Source of the DNA: Desulfarculaceae bacterium
GTDB taxonomy: Bacteria > Desulfobacterota > Desulfarculia > Desulfarculales > Desulfarculaceae
Length of the DNA stretch: 59,683 nucleotides
Assembly (NCBI GenBank): GCA_027067385.1
Contig: JAMOVV010000023.1
Span: forward strand, 1 to 59,683
Direction: 5' to 3'
A program made the position numbers and the translations under genes. Below the pieces are notes generated by a model. The model searched no databases. It had not been told where the DNA came from and saw only the letters and a list, made by a program, of their open reading frames with translations. Positions 59,461 to 59,683 of this stretch are shown here, piece after piece; position 1 is the first letter of the stretch; the number at the start of each line of letters is the position of its first letter.

Positions 59461-59683
59461 GAGACCTCGCTTCGGGCCACAACGCTCACCTGCATCTCCA
59501 CTTCACCATATCCGCCGCACTCCACCCCGGCGTCCGGGCAACGCACCCGGTGCATGAAGTGAAACTGGTTGGGATCAAGACCTTCGCTAAGACGCTCGTT
59601 GATCACCGCCACCGGCACCACCAACTGGGAGGCCAGGTAAACGCAGAGGCGCTTGGGACCCAGCTTGGTCAAGAAGTTGCCGT
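59457..59683 (-). CDS. 3' part of a CDS that continues beyond the window (unknown function)
   Basis: The frame stays open to the window edge (...GNFLTKLGPKRLCVYL...EVEMQVSVVARSEVS*). The M at 59672 in the ORF track is probably internal. Confidence 0.4.
   Translation of the reverse strand, partial: GNFLTKLGPKRLCVYLASQLVVPVAVINERLSEGLDPNQFHFMHRVRCPDAGVECGGYGEVEMQVSVVARSEVS

Overview
The window is a GC-rich bacterial chromosomal segment (G+C judged by eye, not computed). It is densely packed with about 57 protein genes, many with overlapping start and stop codons. I found no rRNA, tRNA, CRISPR array, transposase, integrase or phage gene. Most of the content is housekeeping: nrdJ, topA, dprA, hemW, asd, rsmD, coaD, tilS, a nine-gene run ftsH-folP-cdaA-cdaR-glmM-coaX-ldcA-(serine hydrolase)-mpl, and dnaX-ybaB-recR. 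The gene content points to an anaerobe, possibly Desulfobacterota-like; this is inference only. Supporting genes are Hdr/Qmo-type flavo-FeS proteins, flavodoxin, B12-dependent NrdJ and IcmF, and a 2-hydroxyacyl-CoA-dehydratase-type radical enzyme. The most unusual part is 13.0-27.9 kb. There, a soluble QmoAB-like/HdrCB operon also encodes a GcvH-like lipoyl-carrier homologue and a GlcD-[4Fe-4S]-CCG fusion dehydrogenase. It lies divergent to an operon with a single-subunit 2-hydroxyacyl-CoA dehydratase homologue, its ATPase activator, an acyl-CoA ligase and a thiolase-like protein, followed by LeuCD-type dehydratase genes. Secondary candidates are:
- a flavodoxin / ferredoxin-less RACo-like ASKHA ATPase / atypical kinase / USP module (44.3-48.0 kb)
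- a tightly coupled MOSC / Cys-rich / Nudix / Zn-ribbon membrane protein / AMMECR1 operon (30.4-32.7 kb)
- an inverted-symmetric, hairpin-rich intergenic module with an AT-rich core between recR and an MBL hydrolase gene (52.9-53.4 kb)
- two families of tandem duplications downstream of hemW
All functional calls rest on motifs read from the supplied translations. No database search was run.
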